Counted from the stretch's first letter, positions 21,781 to 32,759 are shown. The stretch is DNA of 64,000 nt from an uncultured Verrucomicrobiae bacterium (GCA_963707025.1 CAVPOM010000004.1:192001-256000); one strand, 5' to 3'. A program made the numbers and translations. The notes: generated by a model not told the origin, from the sequence alone.

Positions 21781-23319
21781 ATGCAAATGCCAATTCGTGT
21801 TTTGTGGGTGGTCGGGGCTTTTGTTCTGGCGGGGTGCGCGAGCCATCCGCCCGAAACCCGTGTTGTATTCCCAAAGGCTTCCATCAACGGACACCCGGCG
21901 CGGCTGGATTTGGACACCGGTGCGTCTTCCACCGTGCTGTTCGCGGCGCGGGCGGGGCGGCTGGGATTGAAATCCGCCGAAGTATCCGAGCCGGCGCCAG
22001 TGACGATCGCCGGTCAGACCTTGACGGCGCCGCTTCCCATGTTCCGCCTCCCGTGGTATTACCGCCTGGCTTTCATCACGATGAAAGGGCCTGCGCTGGA
22101 CGGGCTGGTGGGCTGGCCCGAAATCCGGGACAATATCCTGGTCTTCGACGCGGAGCGGCGCACGGTTCGCAGTGTGGAACAACTGCCGCCGGAAACGGCC
22201 GGATGGCTGAAACTGAAACTGGTGCCGAACCGGTGGTTGTTGCTGGAAATACCGTTGGCAGGCGGCAAAACGGGGACGTTGGAGGTGGATACCGGCTCTC
22301 CTTACGGCGTCGAAATGCCGCCAGGACAGTGGAAGGAATGGAGGACGGCCCATCCCAAGGCGGCGGTGGCTTCTTATTTGGGCGGCGTCCTTTCTTTTGG
22401 CATCCACTTTTGGCACATGGCCTGGGCGGACCAGATTCAACTGGGGCCTATCACCGTGGCCGATGTTGTTGTGGAAGACATGCCAGCCGACCAAGGCGCC
22501 TATCTCCAGAGCAACGCCTCCGGCGCCACAGCAGTCTGGTCCATTGGCGTGTACGCGCTGCGGCGGTTGGATTTGGTGGTGGATGGGAAGAACGGGTTTG
22601 CCTACGTCCACCCCAAAGCACCGCCCGGGCCGCCTTTTCCAGGGGTCAAACGTCCGGGCGCCCGGAATGGCCCGGCCAACGCTCCAGACACGGGCGGGAA
22701 TTGGACTGTGGCGGACGATGTGCGGTTGATCGGCGACGGTCTTTTCCTCCTCTCGGGCAAGAATAAAGCCAGCAAGGACGATTGGGCCGGCGCGCTGGCG
22801 GATTACAACCGCGCCCTGGAAATCAACCAGAAGAGCGCCGAGGCTTATTCCCGGCGCGGAGTGGCCAGGGAAGTCGAGGGCGACTTTGCTGGTGCCCTGT
22901 CTGACTTTGACAAGGTCATCGAATTGAATCCTGACGCTTCCGACTGGGAGCGTCTGTATCGCCAGACTTTGTTGCGGCGGCTGGGCCGGACGCCGGAAGA
23001 TTATGCCAGGATATTGGCCGGCTGCAAGGAAGGCTGGACCAAAACCCTCGGCCTGTTTCTGGTGGAGAAGCTGGACGAAAAGGCCTTGCTCGCGGCGGCG
23101 GCGAAGAGCGACGGCGAGACGGTGCCCGAGGAAAAAGCCCTGGCCTGTTATTATATCGGCATGATGCGTCTGAGCAAAGGCGACAAGGCGGCAACCCGGT
23201 ATTGGTTTCGCAAATGCCGGGCTGCCGGCATGCAGGGCGATGATGAATATCGGTGCGCAGGCGCGGAGTTGGGGCGGCTGGATGCGCGGAAAAGGCCGGG
23301 GCCAAAGGCCAAAGGCTAA
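21781..23319 (+). CDS. Probable lipoprotein with tandem retropepsin-like aspartyl protease domains and TPR repeats
   Basis: LAGC lipobox; LDTGAS and VDTGS motifs; ALADYNRALEIN TPRs; start uncertain. Confidence 0.78.
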   Translation: MQMPIRVLWVVGAFVLAGCASHPPETRVVFPKASINGHPARLDLDTGASSTVLFAARAGRLGLKSAEVSEPAPVTIAGQTLTAPLPMFRLPWYYRLAFITMKGPALDGLVGWPEIRDNILVFDAERRTVRSVEQLPPETAGWLKLKLVPNRWLLLEIPLAGGKTGTLEVDTGSPYGVEMPPGQWKEWRTAHPKAAVASYLGGVLSFGIHFWHMAWADQIQLGPITVADVVVEDMPADQGAYLQSNASGATAVWSIGVYALRRLDLVVDGKNGFAYVHPKAPPGPPFPGVKRPGARNGPANAPDTGGNWTVADDVRLIGDGLFLLSGKNKASKDDWAGALADYNRALEINQKSAEAYSRRGVAREVEGDFAGALSDFDKVIELNPDASDWERLYRQTLLRRLGRTPEDYARILAGCKEGWTKTLGLFLVEKLDEKALLAAAAKSDGETVPEEKALACYYIGMMRLSKGDKAATRYWFRKCRAAGMQGDDEYRCAGAELGRLDARKRPGPKAKG

Positions 23320-25292
23320 TCGCTCTTGCGCAGCCGCAGCATGGCGGCGCCGTGGGCCGGAACGAACATCTCCACGCGCCCGTCGGCCCCTGGAAAATCC
23401 TTTCTCTGCCACAGGTCGCGCGCCTTGTAGCCGCCGGACAACCCCAACTCGGCCAAGTTTGCGCGCATCGTGGTGTCGTCGTCGGTTCTGTTGAACAAGG
23501 CGAGCGCCTTGGCCCCGCCGCTCAGGTCGCGCAACCAAATCTCCAGTCCGTCCCTGACGGACAGGCGTTTGGCTTGGATGGCTGCGGCGTCCTGGTCGAC
23601 CGCGAGCACTTCGTCGTTGGTCAGCAAGGCCAGTTCCCAGGGATCGGCGTCGGCGAAATTTCCGCCCAGCATCAAGGGGGAGGGGGCGATGCACCACAGC
23701 GTCATCATGGCCACCTGTTCGGATTTTGACAGTTTTGTCCGGCGGTCCGCTCCCACCGAGCGGCCGTTGATGGACAGGTGTCCGAAGGGCAGCATGTCCA
23801 GGTCCGGCCAATGACCCTCCGCGCCGTGGCCGGTCCATTTGGCGGCGATGGCAAAAGCGGCATCGAGCTGGTGCCAGTTGTCCCAGAGATCCCCGGTGGC
23901 GCGCCAGAGGTTGGCATTGGTGGAGACATGGGCGGCTTGGGTGACGGGCGTTTCACCGGGCGAAGTGCTGAACACGATGGGCCGGCCGCACTTGGCAATG
24001 GCCAGATGAATGGCACTGACCTCGGCGGCATGATAAGGGCTGGTCAGGTCGTCCACCTTGACAAAATCCACGCCCCAGGCGGCGTATTGGCGGAAGATGG
24101 AGTCGTACCAGGCCTGGCCCGCCGGGGTGTCGGCGCGCACTCCATACATGAACGGGCACCACGAACACCGGTCGCGGGTATTGCCCGCATCCTGCGCCGT
24201 GAAGCTGGAGCCTTCAATGGGCGTGTTGGCGGCAACCGCGCCCCGCGGAATGCCGCGCATGAGATGAATGCCAAACTTCAAATCCATGGCGTGAACCTCA
24301 TCCGCCAGCGGCTTGAATCCTTTCTCCCCCTCCGCCGAGGGAAACCGGTTCACCGCCGGCAACAAGCGCCCGTATGAATCCATGGGCAATTTAGCCCCCG
24401 CATGTTCGTTGGGCTGGTTGTTGTAGGCCGCCGGATCGTACCAACAATAATCCACCACCACGTATTGCCAGCCATGCGGCTTGAGCCGTTCCGCCACGGC
24501 CTTGGCGTTGGCGCGAAACTCGGCTTCCGTGACGCTGTCGCCATAGCCGTCGTAACTGTTCCAACCCATCGGCGGAGTGGCGGGTTGGCGGGCGGCGGTG
24601 ACGGTCGTGGCCGCTCCGTCCGCCGGCCCTTGCAGGGCAATGACCGGGTTGGTCATCGGACGTGTAAAGGTTTCCGGCTTGGCGCCCGTGACTTCAAAGA
24701 AAGCGTCCGCCCAATCCGCGTGATCGTAATCGAAACCGTCTCCGGCATCACCGACCCGGAGGGCGAGGGTCTTGGCGCCGCTGATATCCACGTCCACGGT
24801 TTTGCCTGGCTGGCCGCCGCTGAGCACACCGCTGCTCCAGATTTGCCTGCCGTCGGCGACGATTTGGAACTCGACCGAGCCGCGCGCGGCCGTTTCGTCA
24901 TCAACTCCAACCACCGCGTGGAACTGGGCGCTGCCGCCCTTGAGATCAATGAGCAACAACTCCACCGAGTGCGTGCCCAAACCGCGCTCAAATTTCTGGC
25001 CGCCAATGGCCAGCGGGTGATTCTCGACGGAACGGTCGGCGCGCGGCGTGCCCCATCCTTGACTGGCCTTGCTGATGTCCAGCGACGAAAGCCAGATTTT
25101 TTCGGCGCGGCCAGCCAGGCAAGCGGCCAGCAACAGGGCTGGAATAATCAGCTCCAGTGCCAGGCGGCGAGGCCGGGTTCTCAAATCAGCCGGCCCGGCC
25201 GTCGCGGCTGGGCGGAATGCAGAATGGAAAATGCCGGAGGCAGAAGTTAAAGCAGGCTGCCCGGCGGTCCCTCTGGCGCAATGGTTGTTCAT
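23316..25292 (-). CDS. GH27 alpha-galactosidase-like enzyme with NPCBM domain
   Basis: QGWG/GLGTH/DHADWADA (NPCBM), PPMGWNSY, WGVDFVKVDD, WPDLDMLP; start uncertain. Confidence 0.88.
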   Translation of the reverse strand: MNNHCARGTAGQPALTSASGIFHSAFRPAATAGPADLRTRPRRLALELIIPALLLAACLAGRAEKIWLSSLDISKASQGWGTPRADRSVENHPLAIGGQKFERGLGTHSVELLLIDLKGGSAQFHAVVGVDDETAARGSVEFQIVADGRQIWSSGVLSGGQPGKTVDVDISGAKTLALRVGDAGDGFDYDHADWADAFFEVTGAKPETFTRPMTNPVIALQGPADGAATTVTAARQPATPPMGWNSYDGYGDSVTEAEFRANAKAVAERLKPHGWQYVVVDYCWYDPAAYNNQPNEHAGAKLPMDSYGRLLPAVNRFPSAEGEKGFKPLADEVHAMDLKFGIHLMRGIPRGAVAANTPIEGSSFTAQDAGNTRDRCSWCPFMYGVRADTPAGQAWYDSIFRQYAAWGVDFVKVDDLTSPYHAAEVSAIHLAIAKCGRPIVFSTSPGETPVTQAAHVSTNANLWRATGDLWDNWHQLDAAFAIAAKWTGHGAEGHWPDLDMLPFGHLSINGRSVGADRRTKLSKSEQVAMMTLWCIAPSPLMLGGNFADADPWELALLTNDEVLAVDQDAAAIQAKRLSVRDGLEIWLRDLSGGAKALALFNRTDDDTTMRANLAELGLSGGYKARDLWQRKDFPGADGRVEMFVPAHGAAMLRLRKSD

Positions 25293-25450
25293 GGAGATTG
25301 CTGAGATCATCCACCAGAATCGGGCCTGAGCCAACCGAAAAATCAGCCGAACAGGACAGAGGGGAGGGACAAACCTGGAGGTAACGTGTCCGTCATCGGT
25401 TGGACGTGAACGACAGCCGACTGCCCGCCCTGCCACCCAGGACTGGCACA

Positions 25451-26479
25451 TTACTCCTGGAGCGCCCAACTCGGTTCGATTTCGGCGTCCAGGCCGGTGG
25501 GCGGGAGGCGGGCCAGGAATTTGCGCTCGGCCAGGATGGCGATCATGGCGGCGTTGTCGGTGGCGTATTTCTTTTCGGCCAGTCGCAACACTAATCCTTC
25601 GCTCTGGCAGGCCTGGGTCAGTTGCCGGCGCAAGGCGCTGTTGCAGGCCACGCCGCCGGAGACGGTGACGCACGGCGCCCCCAGGCGCAGGGCGGCCCGC
25701 ATTGTTTTGGCGACCAGAACGTCCACGATGGCCGCTTGCACGCTGGCGCAGAGGTCGCGCAGACGGGCGGGATCGTCCGGCCAGGCCGGGTTTTTTTCCA
25801 GAAAGTAGCGGACGGCCGTCTTTAAGCCGGAGAAGCTGAAATCATCGCCAGGCTCGTGCAACATGGGGCGGGGAAAGGCGTGGGCGCGCGGGTTGCCTTG
25901 TCCCGCCAGACGGTCCATCTCCGCGCCGGCCGGATAGGCCAAACCGATCATCTTCCCCACTTTGTCGAAGCATTCGCCGGCGGCGTCGTCCACGGTCGAG
26001 CCAAGAACACGATGCCGGAATTCGGCCTCGACCTGCACGAGCAAGGTGTGGCCGCCGCTGACGATCAGGGAGACGGAGGGCTGGAACTGGGCAAAACCAG
26101 CATGAAGCGGCCCGGCGGAAATCCAGGGCGAATAGAGGTGGGCTTCGTGGTGGTGGATGCCGAGGAAAGGCTTGCCGAGGCTGAAGGCGAGCGCCTGGGC
26201 GGCTTTCAAACCGATGAGCAGCGCCCCTGGCAAACCAGGGCCTTGAGTGGCGGCGACGGCATCCAGGTCCGCCGCGGTCAGGCGGGCCTCGCCCAAGGCC
26301 TGGCGGGCGACGGGGAGAAGATTGCGCAAATGTTCGCGGGTGGCCAGTTCTGGAACCACGCCGCCATAGGGGGCGTGCAGACCCGTCTGGCTGGCGACGA
26401 CGTTGGAGAGGACGCGGCCGCCGGAAACGACCGCCGCGCTGGTTTCATCGCACGAAGTCTCGAAAGCGAACAAGTTCAA
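25451..26479 (-). CDS. tsaD: tRNA N6-adenosine threonylcarbamoyltransferase
   Basis: ETSCDET, GGVVPE, HHHEAH, VSGGHT, DDAAGECFDK, FSFSGLKT, TDNAAMIA. Confidence 0.96.
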   Translation of the reverse strand: MNLFAFETSCDETSAAVVSGGRVLSNVVASQTGLHAPYGGVVPELATREHLRNLLPVARQALGEARLTAADLDAVAATQGPGLPGALLIGLKAAQALAFSLGKPFLGIHHHEAHLYSPWISAGPLHAGFAQFQPSVSLIVSGGHTLLVQVEAEFRHRVLGSTVDDAAGECFDKVGKMIGLAYPAGAEMDRLAGQGNPRAHAFPRPMLHEPGDDFSFSGLKTAVRYFLEKNPAWPDDPARLRDLCASVQAAIVDVLVAKTMRAALRLGAPCVTVSGGVACNSALRRQLTQACQSEGLVLRLAEKKYATDNAAMIAILAERKFLARLPPTGLDAEIEPSWALQE

Positions 26480-26552
26480 AGCTCAGAGGGCGCGCCGGGC
26501 GGGGCGCCCGTTGCCATTTCCGCACCCGCGGGGGCCAGGCGGCGCCATGGGA

Positions 26553-27881
26553 TTATTTGGCCGCCTCAGCCACTTTGGCGGGGGTAAAGCGCTGGGCGTA
26601 GAGGAGCACCCCTTTGAGCAGGTCAGCCGCCCGTTCCAATTGGAGATCATGTGTATTCTTGACTCGTTCGCGGTCCTTCTCATCGAGCAGTTCCACGGCG
26701 CCGGAGGTGTGTGCGACGTGCAAATCCTCTTCCTCCTGCGGGGTCAGCGGCACCAGAATGTCCGGGGTGATGCCGTGCTCGTGGATGACTTTGTGGCTGG
26801 GGGTGTAGTATTTGGCGGTGGTCAGCTTCAAGGCCGAGCCGTCGCCCAGGGGCAGGATGCTTTGCACGGAACCTTTGCCGAAAGTCTGCTCGCCAACGAC
26901 GATGGCGTGGGTAAAAGTTTCCTGGTAATCCTGGAGGCAGCCGGTGACGATTTCGGCGGCGCTGGCGCTGCCCGAGTTGACCAGGATGACCATGGGCAGA
27001 TTAACGCGCTGGCCGCGGGTGTGGGCGCGGTACTCGTAATAGTGGTTCGGGCCGCGGCCTTCGGTGGAGACAATTTTCTGGCCGTAGGGCAGGAATTGTT
27101 CGCAGACATGTTCGGCCTGGTCGAGCAGTCCGCCGGGGTTGTCGCGCAGATCCAGGATCAGGGCCTTCATCCCTTTGTCGGTCAGCTTGGCCAGGGCGGC
27201 GCGCAAATCGTCGGACGTTTTCTCGCCGAACTGGTTGATGCGCACGTAGCCGATGCTGTTTTCGCCCAGCGGAAATTCCTGTTTGTTGTTCATGTCCTGC
27301 ACGGTGGGCACCTTGACGATGGCCCGCACCAGATCGAATCTCTTGGTTTCACCGCTGGAAGGGCGATGGATGGTGATGGAGACCTTGGTGCCCGGAGGGC
27401 CGCGCAAGACCCCAACGGCGTCTTCCAAACCCATCTTCTCGGTGCTGCGGTCGTTGATTTTGATGATTTGGTCCCACGGCAGAATGCCGGCGCGATAGCC
27501 GGGCGAGTCGTCCATGGGCGTGATGACCGTCAACAATTTGTCCCGGCCCACTTCGACCATGATGCCGATGCCGCCAAACTCGCCCTCGGTGTCGTTTTTC
27601 AGGTCCTCAAAGCGGCGCGCGTCCATGTATTCGCTGTGGGGATCCAGCGAGCCGAGCATGCCCTTGAGGGCGGCGCGCACCAGGTCCTGATAGTTGATTT
27701 TGTCGCCGTCCACGTATTCCGTGCGCACTTTCTCCATGACATCGGCCAGCAGTTTGTAGTTTTCGTAGGGGTTGTCGCTGGCGGGGGCGGCCTGGGCGGA
27801 ATAGAAATAAATGCGCGCGCCGATGAGGAGGTTGGTGGCCAGCAGGGCGAGGAGGCAGGAGTAGAACACACGGCGTTTCAT
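26553..27881 (-). CDS. ctpA: Carboxy-terminal processing protease (S41A)
   Basis: LDPHS, PDZ domain, LDLRDNPGG, SASAAEI, TFGKGSVQ. Confidence 0.92.
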   Translation of the reverse strand: MKRRVFYSCLLALLATNLLIGARIYFYSAQAAPASDNPYENYKLLADVMEKVRTEYVDGDKINYQDLVRAALKGMLGSLDPHSEYMDARRFEDLKNDTEGEFGGIGIMVEVGRDKLLTVITPMDDSPGYRAGILPWDQIIKINDRSTEKMGLEDAVGVLRGPPGTKVSITIHRPSSGETKRFDLVRAIVKVPTVQDMNNKQEFPLGENSIGYVRINQFGEKTSDDLRAALAKLTDKGMKALILDLRDNPGGLLDQAEHVCEQFLPYGQKIVSTEGRGPNHYYEYRAHTRGQRVNLPMVILVNSGSASAAEIVTGCLQDYQETFTHAIVVGEQTFGKGSVQSILPLGDGSALKLTTAKYYTPSHKVIHEHGITPDILVPLTPQEEEDLHVAHTSGAVELLDEKDRERVKNTHDLQLERAADLLKGVLLYAQRFTPAKVAEAAK

Positions 27882-28101
27882 AAGCATTTAATAATGGATC
27901 ACAATATATAACAAGCAGCCTACCATACCTTCTCAACGGGAGATTAGCAAGGCGGCTTGGCGACTTTTACCCCGGTTTTCAGCAACCGGCTGGAAGCGAC
28001 GGGGTGAACCCGCCGTGGCTCCGCCAGATTGCGCCGCGGCGGGAAGGCCGGTTTTGGAATTAGGAATGGGCATTTCCCGGGTCCAGTGGTATTGCTGGGG
28101 C

Positions 28102-28803
28102 GTGACTTCCGCCATAATCGTTGCCGCGGGAAAAAGCACCCGGATGGGAGGGCAGACGGACAAATTGTTTTTGCCGGTGGCGGGACGGCCCCTGGTGGCG
28201 CATACCTGGCAGCGCTTTGATTGCGCCGCCTGCATCGCGGAGATTGTTTTGGTGGTGCGCGAGGGCCGGCAGGAGGCGTTTGCCCAGTTGGCCGCCACCA
28301 GCAGGTTTCAGAAACCTTTCCGCCTGGTGGCCGGCGGCCCGGAGCGGCAGGACTCGGTCTGGAACGGATTGGAGAATCTGGCGCCGCAGACGGAGATTGT
28401 CGCCATTCAGGACGCGGCCCGGCCTTGCACGAGCGAGGCGCTGATTGAGGAGACGATTGCAGCCGCCCGCCAGCACGGCGCGGCGGCGGCCGCCCAGCCG
28501 GTGTCCGACACGATAAAGCACTCCGATGACGGACGTTTCATCACGCGGCATTTGGATCGCGCGCAGCTCTGGGCGGTGCAAACTCCGCAGACCTTTCGCG
28601 TGGAGGTGATTCGACGGGCGCTGGCTCAAGTGCGGGAGAACAAATTGCTGGTGACGGACGACACGGCGGCCTGCGGCTTGATCGGCCAGGCGGTGCAACT
28701 GGTCTGCCGGGCCGAGCCTAATCCGAAAATCACACGGCCCGAAGATGTGCCCTATGTGGAGATGTTGCTGAGGAATCTAAAGGCAGGATCGCGGAAGGCG
28801 TGA
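28102..28803 (+). CDS. ispD: 2-C-methyl-D-erythritol 4-phosphate cytidylyltransferase
   Basis: AAGKSTRMG, GG.ERQDSV, QDAARP, VQTPQTF, TDD, NPKIT. Confidence 0.93.
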   Translation: MTSAIIVAAGKSTRMGGQTDKLFLPVAGRPLVAHTWQRFDCAACIAEIVLVVREGRQEAFAQLAATSRFQKPFRLVAGGPERQDSVWNGLENLAPQTEIVAIQDAARPCTSEALIEETIAAARQHGAAAAAQPVSDTIKHSDDGRFITRHLDRAQLWAVQTPQTFRVEVIRRALAQVRENKLLVTDDTAACGLIGQAVQLVCRAEPNPKITRPEDVPYVEMLLRNLKAGSRKA

Positions 28804-28814
28804 GGGAATACAAT

Positions 28815-29930
28815 TCATCGGTCCGATTTAGTCGGATCGGACGGATTGGTCGAATTGGTCGGATCGGACGGATCGGACGGATGAGAGGCAAGCGGCGCCG
28901 GGGCGGGCACTTGGGGGGCGGCAGTCACGGGTGAATGGTGGTCGCGGCCGGCGGCCAGGCGCCCGGCCAGGCGCAGGGCGGCGCGCATGCTGGAAGGGTC
29001 GGCTTTGCCCTGGCCGGCGATGTCGTAGGCGGTGCCGTGATCGGGCGAGGTGCGGATGAAGGGCAGGCCCAGCGTCCAGTTGACGCCGCTGGCAAAGGCC
29101 ACCATTTTCAGGGGAACCAAACCCTGGTCATGATACATGGCGACAACGACGTCGTAATCGCCGCGATAGGCGTGGTAAAACAAGGTGTCGGCGGAGAGAG
29201 GGCCGGCGACCTCCAGGCCGCCTTGCCGGGCGGCCTCCACGGCCGGCTTGATGATGGTGATTTCTTCGTCCCCCAATTTGCCGCCTTCCCCGGCGTGCGG
29301 GTTGAGGCCGCAAACGGCGATGCGGCAGCGCGGCAGGTCCAGATCGCGGCAAGCCTGGGCGGCGAGCGCGATGGCCTTTTCCACCGAGGCGCTCTGCAAT
29401 TGTGCGGCGACCAGTTTGAGGGGAAGATGAGTGGTGGCCAGCACCACGCGCAACCAGCGTTGGCGCTCGTCCTGCCCCAGCAACATCATGGCGGTCGGTG
29501 GCGCGCCGGCCAGTTGGGAAAGAAACTCCGTCTGGCCGATGAAGGCCTGGCCGGTGCGCAAAATGGATTCTTTGCTCAGCGGCGCGGTGACCAGCGCGTC
29601 CATTTCCTGGCGCAAACAGCGGTAGGCTCCATCGGTCAGGCAGGCCAGGGCGGCGCGGGCGGCGGAGGGGGAACCGGGCGGCAGAGCGGCGGCCAGCGGC
29701 TCGGGCAGCGGGTTGTGCAGATAAAAGCGCCCGCCGGCGGCGGGGCCGGGGAATCGCGCCAGGGGCAGGTTCAGGCCCAGCGCCTGGTTGAGCCGCCGCG
29801 TGGAGGCCTCGTCGCCGATCAGGAGATAGCGGAAATTGTCCGGCGGCGCTTGCGCGGCCAGGGCCTTGAGCGTGACTTCAGGGCCGATGCCGGTGGCATC
29901 ACCCAGTGAAACAGCAATCCAACCGGTCAT
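28815..29930 (-). CDS. pdxA: 4-hydroxythreonine-4-phosphate dehydrogenase
   Basis: GD..GIGPE, GLNPHAGE, MYHDQGL, IRTSPDHGTAYDIAG; low-complexity SDP tail. Confidence 0.93.
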   Translation of the reverse strand: MTGWIAVSLGDATGIGPEVTLKALAAQAPPDNFRYLLIGDEASTRRLNQALGLNLPLARFPGPAAGGRFYLHNPLPEPLAAALPPGSPSAARAALACLTDGAYRCLRQEMDALVTAPLSKESILRTGQAFIGQTEFLSQLAGAPPTAMMLLGQDERQRWLRVVLATTHLPLKLVAAQLQSASVEKAIALAAQACRDLDLPRCRIAVCGLNPHAGEGGKLGDEEITIIKPAVEAARQGGLEVAGPLSADTLFYHAYRGDYDVVVAMYHDQGLVPLKMVAFASGVNWTLGLPFIRTSPDHGTAYDIAGQGKADPSSMRAALRLAGRLAAGRDHHSPVTAAPQVPAPAPLASHPSDPSDPTNSTNPSDPTKSDR

Positions 29931-30060
29931 TTGGCTAAGAGCTAATTGCCTGATGTTTGCCAGGGCGGGACTCTGCCGGGCCGCGGCTTATTCCCGGGAA
30001 ATCGAGTTGCGGCCCGACCGAATTTCGACCGGCCGGGTTAGCGGGAGCCGGGACAACTCC

Positions 30061-31048
30061 CTAGAAATTCTCGACGTGCGATTTGGCTTCCAGACGCTTG
30101 ATCCACTGGTCCAGCAGAAGGTTGCCTCTCTGGACTTGCAGCATCCGTTCAATGGCGCCTTCCACTTCGGACAAGGGACTGACATGGTGCGGACGGACCT
30201 CATCCACCATGAACAGATAACAATCGGTTGCCTTGGTCCGTTCGTCCGGCAGTTCCACCACCGGACCGCGCTTGCCCGCCGGGAGGGAAAAGGCGACATC
30301 CCGGAGCGGGGCGATCAGTTCCTTGCGCTCGACCCACCTCCCCCAGTCGCCCCCGGCCGCGCGATACTCGTCGGAGGAATAAACGGCGGCCATTTCGGCG
30401 AAGGGTGTGCCGCTGTCAATTTTGCGAAGGACTTCGGCGGCCAATTCCCTGGCGGCGCCGGGAGGGCTGTCCGCCGGCAGGGCGATGAGAATGGTCCGCA
30501 GCTTGACCTGGTCGTCCACTTTAAAATCGTCCAGGTGATCGTTGTAGGTACTTTTCAATCGCGGCCGGGGAGATGATGAATTTGCCGGTGCTATGCAGGT
30601 GGGAGAGCGCCTCCACGATGACGCTCTCGCGCATTTGCTTGCGGTACTCTTCCTTGGTTCGGCCTTCGGCCTGCAAGGTCAGCGTCAACTTGGTCTGGCT
30701 CCCGCCGTAGGTTTCTTTGAGATCTTGCTTGAGGGCCGCATTTAACGCGTCATCCAGCCAGTTGGTGGAGTACTCGCCTTTGGCGAAGTCGTCCAGGATC
30801 AACTTGCTCCGCTGCAACGACTCCAGTTGGTCCTGGCGCAACTTGGTCACCTTGGCCATAAAGGTGGTCGGGTCGTCGCGATAGACACTGGCCAGTTTTG
30901 CCACGTACATCGCGATGGGATCCTCCACCTGGAGCTTGGTGATGACCGAATTGTTCACGACGGCGACGATGCCGTCCAAGGTGTCCGCAGAAGCGGCGGT
31001 GGCGGCGGCGAAGAACGCGCCGGCCGCAAAAAGACAAAAGCATTTCAT
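30061..31048 (-). CDS. surA: SurA-like periplasmic chaperone/parvulin PPIase, with one frameshift near 30548
   Basis: DGIVAVVN SurA N-domain in 30521..31048 and rotamase (F.EMA..YS, GGDWG) in 30061..30558; joined by removing one C in aagtaCctac; upstream of pdxA. Confidence 0.75.
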
Positions 31049-31155
31049 AACTTTCCTCAACGGGTCGCGAGTTTAGGCCAGGAGGCCGGGAAGTTCAAGC
31101 GCAATTGCGCATTGCCGGGCGCGGCAAAAGGTCTAAAATGGGGCTTTGCAAAATT

Positions 31156-32169
31156 ATGATTATTGTCCTCAAACCCGGGTTGTCGAAGAAGGACGAGACG
31201 GCAGTTCTGCGGGAAATCAAGAAACTGGGCTACCGGCCGCACGTCATGCGCGGGGTGGAACGGATCGTGGTCGGGGCCATCGGGGACGAACGGACCCACC
31301 AAAGCCTGGAAATGCTGGCCTCCTGGCCGCAGGTGGAGCGGGTCATGCCCGTGCAAAAACGCTACAAGCTGGTCAGCCGCGAGGCCCACAAGCTGACTTC
31401 CACCATGACGGTGCGCGGCCAGGTCATCGGCGCCAAAAAAATCCAGGTCATGGCCGGCCCGTGCTCGGTGGAGAATGAGCGGCAGTTGCTCGCCACCGCC
31501 CACGCCGTCCAGCAGGCCGGCGCCACTTTCTTGCGCGGGGGCGCTTTCAAACCGCGCACCTCTCCGTATGAATTCCAGGGGCTGGGCCGCAAAGGGCTGA
31601 AATTGCTGGCCAAGGCACGGCGCGAAACCGGCCTGGCGGTCATTACCGAGTTGCTTTCCGAAGCGCACGCCGGCCTGGTGGCCGAATACGCCGACATCAT
31701 TCAAATCGGGGCCAGAAACTCCCAGAACTTTCAGTTGCTCATCGCCGCGGCCAAAACCGGCCGGCCCGTTTTGCTCAAACGCGGCCTGTCCATGCGCATC
31801 GAGGAATGGCTGCTGGCGGGCGAATATGTTTTGTCCAACAACAATCCCCATCTGCTCTTCTGCGAACGGGGCATCCGCACCTTTGAAACTTACACCCGCA
31901 ACACCCTGGACCTCTCCGCCATTCCCATCATCAAACAGGAATCCCATTGCCCCATCATTATTGATCCCAGCCAGGGGGCGGGGCGGGCCGAATTGGTCGC
32001 GGCCATGTGCAAAGGCGCGGTGGCCATGGGCGCCGACGGGCTGTTGATCGAAGTGCATCCCAATCCCGCCGAGGCTTGGAGCGACGGGGCGCAGCAATTG
32101 ACGCTGGAAGGGTTCGCCCGGTTGATGGAGGAGTTAAAGCCGTTTATCGCGGCGGCGGGCCGGGAATGA
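31156..32169 (+). CDS. aroF: DAHP synthase (type I-beta with N-terminal regulatory domain)
   Basis: AGPCSVE, RGGAFKPRTSPY, QIGARN, CERGIRTFE, EVHP.P..AWSDG. Confidence 0.94.
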   Translation: MIIVLKPGLSKKDETAVLREIKKLGYRPHVMRGVERIVVGAIGDERTHQSLEMLASWPQVERVMPVQKRYKLVSREAHKLTSTMTVRGQVIGAKKIQVMAGPCSVENERQLLATAHAVQQAGATFLRGGAFKPRTSPYEFQGLGRKGLKLLAKARRETGLAVITELLSEAHAGLVAEYADIIQIGARNSQNFQLLIAAAKTGRPVLLKRGLSMRIEEWLLAGEYVLSNNNPHLLFCERGIRTFETYTRNTLDLSAIPIIKQESHCPIIIDPSQGAGRAELVAAMCKGAVAMGADGLLIEVHPNPAEAWSDGAQQLTLEGFARLMEELKPFIAAAGRE

Positions 32170-32289
32170 GACGAGCAATTTTGAATGTTGAATTTTGAAT
32201 TGGGAAAGGGGGATGTCAGAATGAATGTTTGCGGGGCACGCAATCAGCCCTTGCTCAGCCTGGCAATTCCGGGTATAGTGGTCACAGGC

Positions 32290-32487
32290 ATGAGCGCACA
32301 GGAAATCATCGAGCAGATTAAATCGCTGCCTGCAGCGGAACGGGCCGCAGTGGCCAGATTTATTGCCGAACAGGATGATTGCTGGATTCCAGACGAATTC
32401 AAGGAAGCGATGAAAGAGGCCGAAGCGGGGCGTTGCGTGGACATGGAAACCGCATTATTTCAGACGCCGCCGGCGCATCTGCAATGA
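32290..32487 (+). CDS. Putative antitoxin
   Basis: 65-aa acidic protein (MSAQEIIEQIKSLP..ER); ATGA overlap with the toxin gene. Confidence 0.6.
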   Translation: MSAQEIIEQIKSLPAAERAAVARFIAEQDDCWIPDEFKEAMKEAEAGRCVDMETALFQTPPAHLQ

Positions 32488-32759
32488 AATATCGCTACCG
32501 CGCGACCGAGAAATTTTGGACGAGCTTTTACCGAGTGGCCCCACCGCAGAAGGAATCCTGCCACAAAGCCTGGCAGATCTTCAAGGAAAATCCATTTGAC
32601 TCGCGGTTGCGTTCACACCAGATCCACCGTCTTTCGGCCCGCTATGGCAGGACTATTTATTCGGCGACAATGGAAGACGATTTGCGGTTGCTCTTTTACG
32701 CTGAGGGCGAAACCATCACGTCTTTGATCCTTGGAACGCACGATATATATGAGGGCTGA
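32484..32759 (+). CDS. RelE/ParE-superfamily toxin
   Basis: F..NPFD.RLRSH.I, DLRLLF, C-terminal GTHDIY. Confidence 0.75.
   Translation: MKYRYRATEKFWTSFYRVAPPQKESCHKAWQIFKENPFDSRLRSHQIHRLSARYGRTIYSATMEDDLRLLFYAEGETITSLILGTHDIYEG

Noticed and set aside
23316..25673. 785-aa version of the GH27 ORF
   Set aside because: The N-terminal extension overlaps tsaD and a repeat element; a start near 25292 or later is more plausible.
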